Below are positions 1-9,744 of a DNA stretch of 61,365 bases, one piece after another. A model generated the notes under the pieces. The model searched no databases. It had not been told where the DNA came from and saw only the letters and a list, made by a program, of their open reading frames with translations. The position numbers and the translations under genes were made by a program. This DNA comes from a virus (lineage: Duplodnaviria > Caudoviricetes). The DNA is taken from positions 1-61,365 of IMG/VR virus record IMGVR_UViG_3300008510_000002; one strand, written 5' to 3'. Numbering within the stretch: position 1 is the first letter of the stretch; each line of letters starts with the position of its first letter.

Positions 1-51
1 GGGGCAGGGGCAGGGGCAGGTACGGCAGGGTCAGCGGCAGGGGCAGGGGCA
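1..51. repeat. (GGGGCA)n hexamer repeat at left end, Pro-Ala coding on minus strand
   Basis: First 17 nt GGGGCAGGGGCAGGGGC are identical to the last 17 nt of the window. Confidence 0.9.
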
Positions 52-242
52 GAACTCGACATTGGCATCGCAGGCGGCGGGGGAGGCGCAGGCGGCCTCA
101 AAAAATCGAAGACCGAATGCCTCGAATAGTTCCCGGCCCAGTTCCAGTAGCTCCCGCCCTCATCGGAAAAGAGCGTGTAGACATCACCTGTTCCGTCATC
201 CACTTGGTAAGTGTGGCCGAACTGATCTTGTGTCTGTCTCAT
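1..242 (-). CDS. 5' part of a wrap-around internal virion protein gene (continues at 61365 down to 59962)
   Basis: ATG at 242, just after the stop of 251-910; reads MRQTQDQFGHTY...PAPAPAP open to base 1; in frame with the ORF at the right end if the 17-nt terminal overlap is merged. Confidence 0.75.
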   Translation of the reverse strand, partial: MRQTQDQFGHTYQVDDGTGDVYTLFSDEGGSYWNWAGNYSRHSVFDFLRPPAPPPPPAMPMSSSAPAPAADPAVPAPAPA

Positions 243-250
243 GGTTTATC

Positions 251-910
251 TCACGGAAGTGCTGGGCGCGGGTCGGGCAACGGCGCGATGAAATTGACCG
301 TCAATACTGACGAAGCTCCCGCTGGGTAAGGAGCCACTGCAGCAAAAGCGTCAAGCTTTACGTCGGGTGCGTGGGCGTCAATGGAGGTTTTGAGTTCGAC
401 GTATTCACCAGCCGCAAGGTCGATGTCGAAGTTCCAAAGAACTTCAAAGTAGTGATTGTTTGACTGGACGGTGTTGATTCGCGTGGAATACGAAATATCG
501 GACCCCCCACGAGCGATCCACACCGCTACCTCTACCTTGCTGCCTGTGGTGGTGTAAACTTGCCCTGTATACTGGAAGTTGTACACGCCGTTGACAGACA
601 CTCCGATTTGGGAGCTACTACCCGGGCGCAGCGCCACCCCGTTGCTCAGATACGTGCTGTCGAACTCAATCGCATATGCCGTGTCGTCGGCCGCATAAAC
701 TTGGTCCTGGGTGTTGAAGAACACGCCATTCGGGCAGTCGATGTATTGCCCACCGTTGGGACCGAGCAGGTTGTCGAAAACGTTCTGGATCTGGTTGAAG
801 AACAACCGCAAAATGCTGTTGAACTTGTCGTGGTACAGCGTTGAGTAGTCCCGCGTCGCTGGAGGTAGCGCCGGGTTGGTAGGCTTGTTGAGCGGGCGGA
901 AGAAGCTCAA
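251..910 (-). CDS. Putative tail-associated virion protein (beta-rich C-terminus, possibly C1q/TNF-like)
   Basis: 219 aa; overlaps upstream tail gene; GVYNFQY-type strand pattern. Confidence 0.6.
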   Translation of the reverse strand: MSFFRPLNKPTNPALPPATRDYSTLYHDKFNSILRLFFNQIQNVFDNLLGPNGGQYIDCPNGVFFNTQDQVYAADDTAYAIEFDSTYLSNGVALRPGSSSQIGVSVNGVYNFQYTGQVYTTTGSKVEVAVWIARGGSDISYSTRINTVQSNNHYFEVLWNFDIDLAAGEYVELKTSIDAHAPDVKLDAFAAVAPYPAGASSVLTVNFIAPLPDPRPALP

Positions 911-2856
911 CTCTTTCTCCCGTCAGGTCGGAGGTCGATTCGGAACTTCCCCAACTGCCACTGGACGCCCAGCGCGTTTGAACGCGCCTTGACTGCCATC
1001 TGCCTGCCACGCACGCGGATGTACAGGTTGCCCTGGTAGGGCGTGATGGTTCCTGAAAACCGCTCGACGCCGTTGTTGGCATCGCGCTGCACGGTACGCT
1101 CGTTGTTGAGTGCCACCGACATATTGGCCGAAGGCGCCACGTTGCTGACCCCCCGCGTGTAACCAGAGCCCGAGTTCTGCAGGGGTAGGAGCGCCATGGT
1201 CAGGGACTGGTTTTCGACCGCCGTAGTAGACCCCGCAAAGGTCACATCAGGTAGCACGCGGGTAACGAAACCGAAATTGTGCCCGTCGTCGATGTCAAAC
1301 TCGGAAGAGGTGATATATGACTCGATCGCCACTGGAGGATTCACCGACCCGTCGTCACAGCCCTTCTCATGGTACAGCAGGCGATTGTTGTAGTCCGCAG
1401 CCACCGGGAGGTTCGAGAACACGCTGGCGTCCATCCAAGCAGTTCGGGCCAAGGTGCCGTAGTGCCAGACTCTGTCTGCGTAGTTGTACACCGCATAGCG
1501 GTCAACCGTGGTGGAGTTGGCGGAGCAGTAGAACCACCACACCTCACTGAACTGCTCCACGGTGGAGGCAAAGACCTGGAGGTTCTGATTGCTATTGAAG
1601 TCGTCGAAGATGAACTTGCGGATGTCGCACTGCAGCGTGCTGGTGCGCCCGTCGAACACGTAGAACTTCTCGTCGCCCATCCAATACACGACGCCTGCGG
1701 CCACCGCCCAGGCACGGTCAGAGACGATGGTGACGTTGTCCGCAAGGATCTGCGAACCCCAGACGATGGGCGGGCCGAGGTACTGCAGGGAGTAAAGCGC
1801 GGTGTCAGTCCAGACCAGGATCTCCTGGCGCGTCTGAGCCACCGCCATGATCTCTGAGCCCCGGGACAGTGTCAGACTGCCAGCCTGCGTAGTGGCGGCA
1901 GGGGTCCAGTTGGCCGCACTCTCCTGATCCGACCAGCGGATCAGCATGGGGTTCAGATCGGTGGAGCCGTAGTCCGTCGTGCCGAAGGCGAGGACGAAGC
2001 GGGAAGCGTCGGAGACGAGGCGGAAGAGCGCCTTGGAGGGCGTGTCGCTGGCCCCGGGCAGGGTGGAGATGTTCACCCCACGGGTGGTTAAACCCGCTGA
2101 CGAGTCCCAGTAGTAGATCCCGCCGCCCTTGGGGCCGTAGATCAGGTCTTCACCGAAGTTGGAGTGGTTCCACAGGCCGATCTGGGTGGGCACGAAGGGC
2201 ACCGCGCCGCCCCACACACCGCTGCCCCAGCCGCTGCCGCCCCAACCCCCGCCGATACCAGGGCCGGGGTACTGGATGTCCGTGCCGATGTTGGGCTGAT
2301 ACTGGGCCAGAACCGCTGCGCCACCCCCAGGAGAACCCGCCACGTCTGCGGCGTTCGCCAACACCGGAGCCCCCGTTGAGGGGTCTCTCGCATTGATGGT
2401 GTAGCTGTTGGCGTTGATGACCGTAGCAACCTGATATTCAAGCTCCAGCACGGTCTGGGTCATGTTCCCGCCGAGTCCAGTGACATTGTCGAACTGAACG
2501 TAGTCACCCGCAAGGCGACCGTGCGATGTGTCGGATACCGTGATAACGGCGGAGTTGAGCGTTGCAGTAAACGGGTTGGCGAGCGTGGTGGTATCTACCG
2601 GCGTGATGTCGTAATACGCGCCGTAGTAGACGTAGTATTTGAGGTTCGTGCCCAGGCCCAGGTAGATGTTCCAAGGCCATAGGGCACGGCAGACGCCCAA
2701 GAAGGTGTCATTGACTACGCGCTCCCAGCCGCCGATCTTCTCCGGTTGCCCGGAGCGAAAACGCACTTTGTCGCACTCGTACCATCCGCCTTCTGCGGAG
2801 TAGCGCGTGTTCTCACGGAAGATTCCGGGACGAAGTTGTAGCGTTTTCAGCGGCAT
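907..2856 (-). CDS. Tail nozzle/hub protein (P22 gp10 / tail tubular protein B-like)
   Basis: Start MPLKTLQLRPG at 2856; ~650 aa beta-propeller-like sequence with IRWSDQE motif; position in the tail module. Confidence 0.7.
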   Translation of the reverse strand: MPLKTLQLRPGIFRENTRYSAEGGWYECDKVRFRSGQPEKIGGWERVVNDTFLGVCRALWPWNIYLGLGTNLKYYVYYGAYYDITPVDTTTLANPFTATLNSAVITVSDTSHGRLAGDYVQFDNVTGLGGNMTQTVLELEYQVATVINANSYTINARDPSTGAPVLANAADVAGSPGGGAAVLAQYQPNIGTDIQYPGPGIGGGWGGSGWGSGVWGGAVPFVPTQIGLWNHSNFGEDLIYGPKGGGIYYWDSSAGLTTRGVNISTLPGASDTPSKALFRLVSDASRFVLAFGTTDYGSTDLNPMLIRWSDQESAANWTPAATTQAGSLTLSRGSEIMAVAQTRQEILVWTDTALYSLQYLGPPIVWGSQILADNVTIVSDRAWAVAAGVVYWMGDEKFYVFDGRTSTLQCDIRKFIFDDFNSNQNLQVFASTVEQFSEVWWFYCSANSTTVDRYAVYNYADRVWHYGTLARTAWMDASVFSNLPVAADYNNRLLYHEKGCDDGSVNPPVAIESYITSSEFDIDDGHNFGFVTRVLPDVTFAGSTTAVENQSLTMALLPLQNSGSGYTRGVSNVAPSANMSVALNNERTVQRDANNGVERFSGTITPYQGNLYIRVRGRQMAVKARSNALGVQWQLGKFRIDLRPDGRKS

Positions 2857-2866
2857 GGCAGCAGCC

Positions 2867-3037
2867 TTACCCCCGCTTGCGCTTGTCCACAACCGACCAG
2901 CCCAGGCCAGCCAGAGTAGCGATAGCGCCGACGATGCCTTCCCAGGTGGCACCATCAATGCCCCAAGAGACAGCGAGACCACCGCCCACGGCGGTGAGGA
3001 CATGCCGGATGACGGCAGCGACAATGGTCGGGTTCAT
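2867..3037 (-). CDS. Putative holin (56 aa, two hydrophobic segments, basic C-terminus)
   Basis: MNPTIVAAVIRHVLTAVGG...WSVVDKRKRG; close to the endolysin gene. Confidence 0.65.
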   Translation of the reverse strand: MNPTIVAAVIRHVLTAVGGGLAVSWGIDGATWEGIVGAIATLAGLGWSVVDKRKRG

Positions 3038-3327
3038 AGGATCTCCGGTTTGCGAAACGCTCGTGCCGGGATCACGGATGTGCTCCCGTCGAGCCATGCA
3101 ATTTGAACAGAGTCTCCGGCCAGAAGCCAGCACCCCGGCACGCGAATCTTGTCTTGGAGGTACAACGCCCAGCGGGCTTCGCCTACGCACGGGCCGGGTT
3201 CTCGGTGGAGTTCAACCCGGGCATCCCCCGCTCGGACTTCTGCGACGGGCCCTAGGCTCTCGCCCATGACGCTGCCAGAAACACTGCCCACCAAAAGGGC
3301 ACCGAACAGGGCAGCGGAGGGGTTCAT
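3034..3327 (-). CDS. Hypothetical protein in lysis cassette (hydrophobic N-terminus)
   Basis: 97 aa; abuts the endolysin and holin genes. Confidence 0.6.
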   Translation of the reverse strand: MNPSAALFGALLVGSVSGSVMGESLGPVAEVRAGDARVELHREPGPCVGEARWALYLQDKIRVPGCWLLAGDSVQIAWLDGSTSVIPARAFRKPEIL

Positions 3328-3328
3328 A

Positions 3329-3805
3329 TCACATCTCCATGATGTCGCAGCAGCGGCGGGTCCAGCCGCGCCCGAAGGCGCCGAAGGTGTTGAGGTTGGT
3401 CAGGAAGCGCAGGCGCTGAGAGATGAGCCGCGCCCGCAGGGCGTCAGGATTGGCCGCGTTGGCAGCCGCCAGTGTGCGGGGGCCCAGAATGCCGTCATCC
3501 GCCACGCCAAGGGCCCGCTGGAGCCACAGGATGGACTGCCACACCCCAGAGTTCACCGCAGCGTCGAAGACCGCGTAGCGCACCGTAGGGGGCAGTTCAT
3601 CGGCCCGGACAGGCTTCCAGTACTCTTCGAGGTAGATCCTCTTGGCGAGGTCCACCGGGAGGTCTTGCATGGCGCCCTTGTAGCCGACGCGACGAGCGAC
3701 CGCCTCGGTGATGCCCATGTTGGTGGCCGCGCCCGGATCGAGGGGGTGATGGACGTACCCGCCCTCGTGCTTGAGTACGTGTTGGAATGCGCTGTCGAAG
3801 TTCAT
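3329..3805 (-). CDS. Endolysin, glycoside hydrolase family 108 with peptidoglycan-binding domain
   Basis: HEGGYVHHPLDPG-ATNMGIT motif; FDAAVNSG; LQRALGV-ADGILGPRT; FGRGW. Confidence 0.92.
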   Translation of the reverse strand: MNFDSAFQHVLKHEGGYVHHPLDPGAATNMGITEAVARRVGYKGAMQDLPVDLAKRIYLEEYWKPVRADELPPTVRYAVFDAAVNSGVWQSILWLQRALGVADDGILGPRTLAAANAANPDALRARLISQRLRFLTNLNTFGAFGRGWTRRCCDIMEM

Positions 3806-5370
3806 TTCACCTCCAATGCGGCAACCTTGGCTTCAAGGGCTTCGATCCGCCGCATTGCCTCTTGCAGGGCCCCGATAGCGGCGTGGTACATGTCGTTGGA
3901 GAACACCGCTTTCAGGGGGGTTCCGTCTTTTGGCGTTTCGCCAAACCCACGGTTGTCCACCAACTCCGGCGCAACCCGCTCAACCTGTTGCGCGATGACA
4001 CCAATGGTGTCCCCGCTGTGGTCCTGGTCCTTGTATTTGAACGTGACGATCTCAATCGCCTTAATCAAGTTCCAGTAAGACGGTGCAGGTTTGATGTCGG
4101 TTTTGACCCGGGCGTCTGAGAGATTGACGTTGTTGCCGGAGTAGTTGGCAACACCACCGTCCGACTGAACGTAGAAACGAAAGCCGTTGTTGATCGCGTT
4201 TTCGTTGTAATAGTGGAAAGAGTTGTAAGTCGTGGCTTGGTTGATCACCACCCCCCACTGTCCGCCTACGGCGAACTTATAGCCCACCCCAGAACTTAGG
4301 GATCCATCCGTAGTTCCAAGCAACAAATCACCACTGCTGGTGATGCGGGCGCGTTCAATAGCGCCACCAGACTGCCAAATCTGGATCGGTCCCGCTCCGT
4401 CTTGACGAGCACCCATACTTGGGAGAGCAGCGTCATTAACATAAGAGAAAATTTTTGCGTTTGTGGTTGTGCTGGTGCCAACCGCAAGGTTGCCGGAGGC
4501 ATCCAGCGTCATCGCCTGGGTGAAGCTGATCGCGTTGCCAGCGGTGCCAGAGGGGGCGGTGAACCAGCGGTGCTGGCCCAGCACTTGCGAGTAGTAAGAC
4601 GCAGCGGCAGTTGTTTTATAAATCCAATTTGTGTTGTCGTTGTAAGTGTTGGCGGCAATGACCGGATATAGCCCCGCAACGACACTTGCACCGCTGCTGT
4701 ACTGAAGCTCTAGTGCTCGGAAGTTTGCCCCCCAAGCACTCGGCGTCACCCCGAGGCCGAGGTTGCCGGAGGCGTCCAGCGTCATCGCCACGGCGGCGTT
4801 GGTAACAAAAAACAACGAGGACGCTGCCTCGGTCCCCATGACCATGCTTCCGGTCTGGGCCATCACCGAATTGCCGCCTCGGGGGGCGTTTGCGCCCGAA
4901 CCGATCAGGATGTAGTTGGACGCACTGGCGCTGTCTTGGATTCTGGTCTGCCCCGCGACATGCAGGTCCACAACCGCCCCGAGCGTGACGAAGTCCGACC
5001 CGTTCCACGCCACCACCGCCATGCGCCCTGCGGGCACCACCACGCCCGTCGTCGGGCCCACGCCGACGATCTTGACCCCGAAGCCCCCAGTGGTGCCGTT
5101 GATGACCACGTAGACCTTGCTGGACGCCGGAGCCGTGATGGTGCGCTGCGCGGCCCGGGAGCCCGTGCAGTTGAGGATCATCTGCCTCGCCTGATCCGCC
5201 ATCCCGTTGGCTGTCGTCAGGATGACATCGGTATCTGCGCTGAGAGTCGTCGTCCCTGCAATCGCCGGATCGACCAAGTCGATCATCCCGTTGCTGACGG
5301 TGGAGCCCCAGCCGGTATCGCCCAGGCCGGGGTTGGAGAGGCGGAGGTTGGTGGTGAAGCTGGTTGGCAT
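3802..5370 (-). CDS. Tail fiber with C-terminal intramolecular chaperone (peptidase S74-like)
   Basis: SDARVKTDI autocleavage-type motif, GVIAQQVE, terminal coiled coil; repeated MTLDASGNL units. Confidence 0.88.
   Translation of the reverse strand: MPTSFTTNLRLSNPGLGDTGWGSTVSNGMIDLVDPAIAGTTTLSADTDVILTTANGMADQARQMILNCTGSRAAQRTITAPASSKVYVVINGTTGGFGVKIVGVGPTTGVVVPAGRMAVVAWNGSDFVTLGAVVDLHVAGQTRIQDSASASNYILIGSGANAPRGGNSVMAQTGSMVMGTEAASSLFFVTNAAVAMTLDASGNLGLGVTPSAWGANFRALELQYSSGASVVAGLYPVIAANTYNDNTNWIYKTTAAASYYSQVLGQHRWFTAPSGTAGNAISFTQAMTLDASGNLAVGTSTTTNAKIFSYVNDAALPSMGARQDGAGPIQIWQSGGAIERARITSSGDLLLGTTDGSLSSGVGYKFAVGGQWGVVINQATTYNSFHYYNENAINNGFRFYVQSDGGVANYSGNNVNLSDARVKTDIKPAPSYWNLIKAIEIVTFKYKDQDHSGDTIGVIAQQVERVAPELVDNRGFGETPKDGTPLKAVFSNDMYHAAIGALQEAMRRIEALEAKVAALEVK
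4487..4789. repeat. 30-bp direct repeat pair in the tail fiber gene (4487-4516, 4760-4789)
   Basis: AGGTTGCCGGAGGC(A/G)TCCAGCGTCATCGCC, one mismatch; encodes AMTLDASGNL. Confidence 0.85.
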
Positions 5371-5379
5371 AGGTACCTC

Positions 5380-7725
5380 TCAAGTCTGGATCTCGCCCCA
5401 GCCGGGGCCTTGGGCGTTGGGGATGTCGGCCCACGCCGGGAGTTGCGGGTTCTGGACGTTTTGCCAGTTGGGGCTCTGCGCGGCCTGTACCGGGTTCCAG
5501 GCGGGGTTCTGGGCGTTGTGGATATTCTGCCAGTTCGGGCTCTGGCTGTCATCAACCGGATTCCACAGGTACCCGCCGACCAAAAGGTCCGAGGCCGCGC
5601 TCGTATCACTGATCGCGGCCTGGAGAACAACCGTCGCCCCGTCCGCGTCGGCGCCCTCGACGGTCTCGATGACTTCGGCGTTGAAAACTACCGTCGTGCT
5701 TGCCGCATCAGTGCTCGTGAGGGCCTCGCTAATAACCGCCTGGAATGTTGAAAGTGCAAGAACTAGCGCTTCTCCTGCCGCGCTTTCACTTACGTTTGAT
5801 TGGGCAAGTGTGCTTGCAGTAACGGTCATCGCCCCCGTGGCGGCTTCGGCTAAACTCACCTGAAACTGTACTTGCGCCACAAACGTGTCCGCGCCGGTCG
5901 CCGTGGCTGAAATAGACGACAAAAATGTTCCCAGCGCGTTTAGCGTATCCGCAGCGACAGCGGTATTACTTACAGCACGGGGAACAATAAGGTATCCAAC
6001 ACCTGCGTCGGCAACCGTAGCGCTGTTGCTGACACTTGCCCCGAGCGTACTAATGGCAGAAGCCGCGTCGGCAGCGGTAGCCGTTTCGTTGAGCGCGGAC
6101 AAGAACAAAAGCACAGAAGAAACTGCATCTGTCGCTACCCCGGTCTCTGACACGGAACTAGTAAAAGTCGACAGGGCACCGAGTGTATCCGTCGCTCTTG
6201 CTATTTCTACTACTTGGGTGGCAAAAGTGACTAATGCAGCAGTGGCATCAACTACCGTAGCCGTCTCATTTAGCTTGGTCGTAAACGTAAGTGTTGCAGA
6301 AAACGCGTCGGTAGCATCTACGGTCTCAGCCACAGCCGCTTGTATCGTGAAAACCGACTGAACGCCGTCAGAACCGGTGGCGGTTTCACTTACATTAGCT
6401 GTAAACGACAGCACTGCTGACAAAGATTCTGAGGCGGTTCCTGTCTCCGAGATTTTGCTGGCAAAGTTTACAAGTGTGGAAGCCGCGTCGCTTGCGTTGG
6501 CAGTTTCACTCACCGCCGAAGCAAAAGTAATTAGCGCAGAAGCGGACTCGCTCATATGTGCCATTTCACTAAGCGATGCGGGAAACGTAGTTAGCGCTGA
6601 GTAGCTGTCTAAACCATTGACTGTTTCTGCAACGTTTGCGGAAAACACAAGCAGTGAACTTGCGGCATCAGAAACTTTGCTTGTTTCAGACACCGCGGCG
6701 TTAACCGACGTAGCCGCGCTTACGGTATCGACCGCACTGGCATTGTCGTTCACTGCCGACAAAAACGTCACCAGCGCAGACGCAACTTCACTGGGTCTCA
6801 CGGTTTCACTAAGGAAAGATGCAAAGGTGACTAACGAGCTTGCGGTATCTGCGCCAGTGGCGGTATCTGAAACTGCTGCACCGAAAATAACGGCGGCAAA
6901 AAGGTTATTACCCCCGCCCCATTCGTTTTCTCCCCAACCGCCAAAACCCCACCCGGTTTTATCCGAAGCAACTGCGGTTTCAGAGATGTTTTGTTGGTAG
7001 ACAGGCGTTGATACAACCGCGTCAGCGACGGTTGCAAAATCAGAAGTTGCAACAGAAATCCGATTCGAGCCAACAATAGTATCAGCAGCGGTGGCAGTCT
7101 CCGATACCGCAGCCCCCGTTGTGCTTAGTGCGCCAACACCGTCACTTGGCCGCGCCGTGTCACTGAGCGTAGACGTAAATGTTACCCCTGCGGCTACGGC
7201 GTCGCTGGGTCGCGCAGTATCTGAAACCGCACTGGCAAAAGTAACGCTTGCGTTTTGGATGTCGCTTGCTCTTGCGGTCTCACTAATTGACGCAATAGAG
7301 TTTGTTAGTCGCGCAGCAATTACCTCGCTAGTGCGGGCTGTCTCTGACAGGGTCGAACCCAACGTTACCGAGGCGGCAGCGGCCTCCGAGGCTCTTGCTG
7401 TTTCACTGACCGATGAGGCTGCGGTAACACCCGCCGCCACCGCATCACTTGGTCGTGCCGTTTCACTGGCGGCTGAACCTACCGTAATGCCTGCGGCTAC
7501 GGCCTCGCTGGGTCGCGCTGTTTCACTGACGGCGGAGCCAAAAGTGGCTAGCGCATTTACGGCATCACTGCCCCTAGCGGTTTCGCTGACTGCGGTAACG
7601 ACCGTCTTCAGCAGAGCGGCTACAGCATCACTACTTCTGGCGGTGTCAGACGTAGCGCCTGAGAAGACGGAGGCGCCCCAGGCGGCTTCCCCCCATCCCC
7701 CAGAGCCCCAACCGCCGTCGTACAC
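5380..7725 (-). CDS. Long repeat-rich virion fibre protein (~20-aa SETA repeats)
   Basis: GTG start; about 30 imperfect SETAxxSDAVAA units; GWG motifs; C-terminal 11-aa QxPxW repeats. Confidence 0.8.
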   Translation of the reverse strand: MYDGGWGSGGWGEAAWGASVFSGATSDTARSSDAVAALLKTVVTAVSETARGSDAVNALATFGSAVSETARPSEAVAAGITVGSAASETARPSDAVAAGVTAASSVSETARASEAAAASVTLGSTLSETARTSEVIAARLTNSIASISETARASDIQNASVTFASAVSDTARPSDAVAAGVTFTSTLSDTARPSDGVGALSTTGAAVSETATAADTIVGSNRISVATSDFATVADAVVSTPVYQQNISETAVASDKTGWGFGGWGENEWGGGNNLFAAVIFGAAVSDTATGADTASSLVTFASFLSETVRPSEVASALVTFLSAVNDNASAVDTVSAATSVNAAVSETSKVSDAASSLLVFSANVAETVNGLDSYSALTTFPASLSEMAHMSESASALITFASAVSETANASDAASTLVNFASKISETGTASESLSAVLSFTANVSETATGSDGVQSVFTIQAAVAETVDATDAFSATLTFTTKLNETATVVDATAALVTFATQVVEIARATDTLGALSTFTSSVSETGVATDAVSSVLLFLSALNETATAADAASAISTLGASVSNSATVADAGVGYLIVPRAVSNTAVAADTLNALGTFLSSISATATGADTFVAQVQFQVSLAEAATGAMTVTASTLAQSNVSESAAGEALVLALSTFQAVISEALTSTDAASTTVVFNAEVIETVEGADADGATVVLQAAISDTSAASDLLVGGYLWNPVDDSQSPNWQNIHNAQNPAWNPVQAAQSPNWQNVQNPQLPAWADIPNAQGPGWGEIQT

Positions 7726-7726
7726 A

Positions 7727-7903
7727 TCAAGCCTCGATCAACTGGTCTTCTCGGAACCAGCGCTCCTTGGTCTCGCCCGCCTCTTCCCAGGACAGCAAGT
7801 ACCAAAACACGCCGTCTTCGTCCATGCGCAGCTTCTGCACTGGACCTTTGGGGACGACGCTGATCACTTGCACTTCTTGCCCTTTGATAAACTTGGTAGC
7901 CAT
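7727..7903 (-). CDS. Small hypothetical protein (58 aa)
   Basis: MATKFIKGQEVQV...ERWFREDQLIEA read from sequence; AAGGAG RBS; not in ORF track. Confidence 0.8.
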   Translation of the reverse strand: MATKFIKGQEVQVISVVPKGPVQKLRMDEDGVFWYLLSWEEAGETKERWFREDQLIEA

Positions 7904-7913
7904 GTGGCGCTCC

Positions 7914-8492
7914 TTAGACCGCGTCGAGGTTGAAGGTATAGGTGACCTGAATCACATCGCCGCTGACGACCGAGCGCGAGCCCGGGGACGAGAAGTTGGC
8001 CTCGGAAAAGAGGATCCCGGTAGTACCGCTCTTGGTGCTGTTGCTGATGAGGAACGCGCCAGCGACGGTCACCGTGCCATTGATATTGAACGACGCGGGC
8101 GAAGCCGTGTTGCTGATTACAGACGGATCTGCCGTGGTGGAGGTGCCGAACGTGCAGGTTGGGCGCGTGGCGTTGCTGTACGCCGCCGTTTCAACCCAGC
8201 CCGCATGAGCCGCAGCGGTGTCGCCCGCTGCGTAACTCGGCGTCGGGCTGGCATTGATGAGCCCCAGAAACCACGTAGCCGTGTACGAAGAGCCGGTGAA
8301 GTACTTCTCGTTCATGTCCTTCAGGCCCACGTTCACCACCAGATTGGGCGCGTCGGCCTCCCACTTCAGATTGCCATCGGCATCGAAGCACTTGAAGTGG
8401 AATACGCCATGGGCGCGAGCGTGGTCCATCGGTTCTGCGGCAGAAACGACGGAAACGGCAACCATGTCAGTGGCCTTAGACTCGGTCAACAT
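7914..8492 (-). CDS. Virion structural protein
   Basis: Likely start MLTESK at 8492 with AGGAG RBS; NLVVNVG motif; S/T-rich. Confidence 0.7.
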   Translation of the reverse strand: MLTESKATDMVAVSVVSAAEPMDHARAHGVFHFKCFDADGNLKWEADAPNLVVNVGLKDMNEKYFTGSSYTATWFLGLINASPTPSYAAGDTAAAHAGWVETAAYSNATRPTCTFGTSTTADPSVISNTASPASFNINGTVTVAGAFLISNSTKSGTTGILFSEANFSSPGSRSVVSGDVIQVTYTFNLDAV

Positions 8493-8502
8493 GAGAAAAC
8501 TC

Positions 8503-8919
8503 CTATGCGAAGCGCAGAAGCGCGGTTGTGGCGGTTGACGCCGGAAGTTGAATGGTGAAGTTGCCCGAGGCGGTTTTGTCCGCTCCGAAGTCGAGCACGG
8601 CAATGGCGCGGTCGGCCTTGCTGGTGTTGTAGATCAGCCCGCCTCGGCAGACAAACGAAGCACCGGTCCACATAGGGTTGTTGAACGTGACGTAGGCCGT
8701 GGTGCCGGAGAGCAGGACTTGGACCCCGGTGAGGATCTCACCGCCAGCGGTGTACCCTGTGCCAGACACCTCACCCGTAAGGGTGTACGCCGTCGTAGCC
8801 TGACTGAGGTTCGCGGTGGCCGTGTAGAGCGCGAGCTTCAGGACATCGGTGTCCAGATCGTGGATGCCCAGCCAGGACTCCTGCTTGAAGGAGGAACAGA
8901 GACCTTGAAGGATGGGCAT
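8503..8919 (-). CDS. Virion structural protein
   Basis: 138 aa; KLALYT, EVSGTGYTAGG, DFGADK motifs typical of small tail proteins. Confidence 0.7.
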   Translation of the reverse strand: MPILQGLCSSFKQESWLGIHDLDTDVLKLALYTATANLSQATTAYTLTGEVSGTGYTAGGEILTGVQVLLSGTTAYVTFNNPMWTGASFVCRGGLIYNTSKADRAIAVLDFGADKTASGNFTIQLPASTATTALLRFA

Positions 8920-9570
8920 TTACTTCACCGGGTTCCTGACTTGCCCGCTGCGGTAGGCGTCCATGCGGTTCTTGCCGTCGCCCAGGTTCTTCAGCAGCAG
9001 GATGGAGTCGTTGAACTGCCCGACGTACAACTGAACGATGTCCTGTTCAGCCTTCATGAACCGAGCGGCTTCTACCAAGACAGCGTTGAACAAGGCACTG
9101 TCGAAGTTGTCACCAAGCCAGGACGTACCCGCCGTGACGATGCTTTCGGGGTAGTAGAAGTAGTGCAGTTCTGCCGAATACCCGGCCCCAGGCGTTGGGC
9201 CGAGGATGAACGTCAATTCTGTTGGCAGGTTGTACACGGGACCAAACAGCGCGTAGTACCTCGGCTGTCCTTGAGCGGCGGGGTCAGGATAGCTCTCCCG
9301 GATGAAGTTGACATCCTTGTTCAGGAGATAGCTGTACTTCCCTGTAGCGTCGATGACCGCCAAGCTGAAGACCGACAAGAAATCACCGGGCGTGGTCAGG
9401 TATTGATTTCCTTGACTCAACGTGCCCGTGACGTTCTTGCGCAGCGCTGGAAACTGTACCGTGTTGTAGATCTTCTGCTCCGCCAAATCCGTCATCGTGG
9501 CGAAGTCACCCGCCGAGAACGTATTCTCGACGGTGTTTTCAACAGCGGTCTTCAGTTCGGTGTAGTTCAC
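8920..9570 (-). CDS. Head-tail adaptor-like protein
   Basis: MNYTELKTAV start; G-PRYYA and LGPTP motifs; position in the late module. Confidence 0.65.
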   Translation of the reverse strand: MNYTELKTAVENTVENTFSAGDFATMTDLAEQKIYNTVQFPALRKNVTGTLSQGNQYLTTPGDFLSVFSLAVIDATGKYSYLLNKDVNFIRESYPDPAAQGQPRYYALFGPVYNLPTELTFILGPTPGAGYSAELHYFYYPESIVTAGTSWLGDNFDSALFNAVLVEAARFMKAEQDIVQLYVGQFNDSILLLKNLGDGKNRMDAYRSGQVRNPVK

Positions 9571-9743
9571 GCCATCGGCCCCCGGGCCATCGTGCCCTTG
9601 GTCGCTGCACCAGCGCCGCGCATCTTGATGCCGGTCGTCTTCGGGCCAGGAGCCGGGGAAGTGGCGATGCTGCCCACCACCATGCGTGGCATGGGCGCGG
9701 GAGCGTTGATCACCGGGGTGGGCACGGGCTTGGCCTTCAGCAT
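9567..9743 (-). CDS. Small basic protein with RGAGAATKG C-terminus
   Basis: 58 aa; overlaps next gene; GGAAG upstream. Confidence 0.75.
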   Translation of the reverse strand: MLKAKPVPTPVINAPAPMPRMVVGSIATSPAPGPKTTGIKMRGAGAATKGTMARGPMA

Positions 9744-9744
9744 G

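Noticed and set aside
1-17. Biological direct terminal repeat
   Set aside because: Only a low-complexity hexamer repeat inside a coding region; typical of an assembly break
3802-5370. Diversity-generating retroelement or invertase-based tail switching
   Set aside because: No reverse transcriptase, template/variable repeat pair or recombinase recognised in the window
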